Below the pieces are notes generated by a model. That model saw only the letters and a list, made by a program, of their open reading frames with translations. It searched no databases and was not told the origin of the DNA. A stretch of DNA of 64,000 nucleotides from Squalus acanthias (taxonomy: Eukaryota), in NCBI GenBank assembly GCA_030390025.1, contig CM059432.1, positions 44,270,001-44,334,000 of the forward strand, written 5' to 3'. Positions 62,980 through 64,000 of this stretch are shown one piece after another; position 1 is the stretch's first letter, and the number at the start of each line of letters is the position of its first letter. The position numbers and the translations under genes were made by a program.

Positions 62980-64000
62980 ATGGACAAAGGAGCTGAATTC
63001 CAGTGGTGAGGTGAGAGTGACTGCCCTTGATATCAAGGCAGCATTTGACCAGGTGTGGCATCAAGGTGCCCTAGTAAAAGTGAAGTCAATGGGAATCAGG
63101 GGGAAAATGCTCCACTGGCTGGAGTCATACCTAGCACAAAGGAAGATGGTTGTGGTGATTGAAGGTCAATCATCACAGCCCCAGGACGTTGCTGCAGGAG
63201 TTCCTCAGGGCAGTGTCCTGGGCCCAACCATCTTCAGCTGCTTCATCAATGACCTTCCCTCCAACATATGGTCAGAAATGGGGATGTTCGCTGATGGCTA
63301 CAAAGTGTTCAGCGCCATTCACAACTCCACAGATAATGAAGCAGTCCATGCCCGCATGCAACAAGACCTGGACGACATTCAGGCTTGGGCTGATAAGTGG
63401 CAGGTAACATTCGCACCACAGAAGTGCCAGGCAATGACTACCTCCAACAAGCGAGACTCTAACCAACTTCCCTTGACCTTCAACAGCATTACCATCACCG
63501 AATCCCCCACCATCAACACACTGGGGGTCACCATTGACTAGAAACTTAACTGGACCAGCCACATAAATACTGTGGCAACAAGAGCAGGTCAGAGGCTAGG
63601 TATTGTGTGGCGAGTGTCTCACCTCCTGACTACCCAAAGCTTTTCCACCATCTACAAGGCACAAGTAAGGAGTGTGATGGAATACTCTCCACTTGCCTGG
63701 ATGAGTGCAGCTGCAACAACACTCAAGAAGCTCGACACCATCCAGGACAAAGCAGCCCGTTTGATTGGCACCGCATCCACCACCTTAAGCATTCACTCCC
63801 TCCACCACCACCGGCGTACCGTGGCTGCAGTGTGTACAATCTACAAGATGCACTGCAACAACTCGCCAAAGCTTCTTCGGCAGCACCTCCCAAACACACG
63901 ACTTCCACCTAGAAGGACAAGGGCAGCAGGTGCATGGGAACACCACCACATCCAAGTTCCCCTCCAAGTCACACACCATCCTGACTTAGAAGTATATTGC
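62980..64000 (+). mobile_element. CR1/L2-clade LINE RT C-terminus, running off the window
   Basis: ORF 63011-63541: [27 protein letters not shown]. Continues into the tail family seen at 23283. Confidence 0.92.

Overview
Eukaryotic, repeat-dense vertebrate DNA. The mix of CR1, L2, RTE and Penelope elements, DeuSINEs and Harbinger MITEs points to a cartilaginous fish (inference). The only host gene I can support is the 3' end of NECAB1 on the minus strand: four coding exons at 60720-60832, 57836-57913, 53713-53804 and 52347-52375, with canonical GT-AG junctions, continuous frame and a 3' UTR running to about 51 kb. The rest is mostly transposable elements: many CR1 LINEs (one near full length with an SGNH-esterase ORF1), L2 fragments, a solo LTR, a two-gene PIF/Harbinger element with derived MITEs, an older Harbinger transposase relic, an RTE LINE with a twin-priming inversion, and two Penelope-derived pieces. 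One Penelope piece carries a GIY-YIG domain and a degenerate hammerhead ribozyme; the other is a 99-bp palindrome. The most unusual observation is a templated insertion at about 17.75-18.07 kb that appears to have been copied from a NECAB1 intron 39 kb away by switching between CR1 tails. I found no convincing novel protein-coding system. Repeat boundaries are read by eye and are approximate unless TSDs are quoted.
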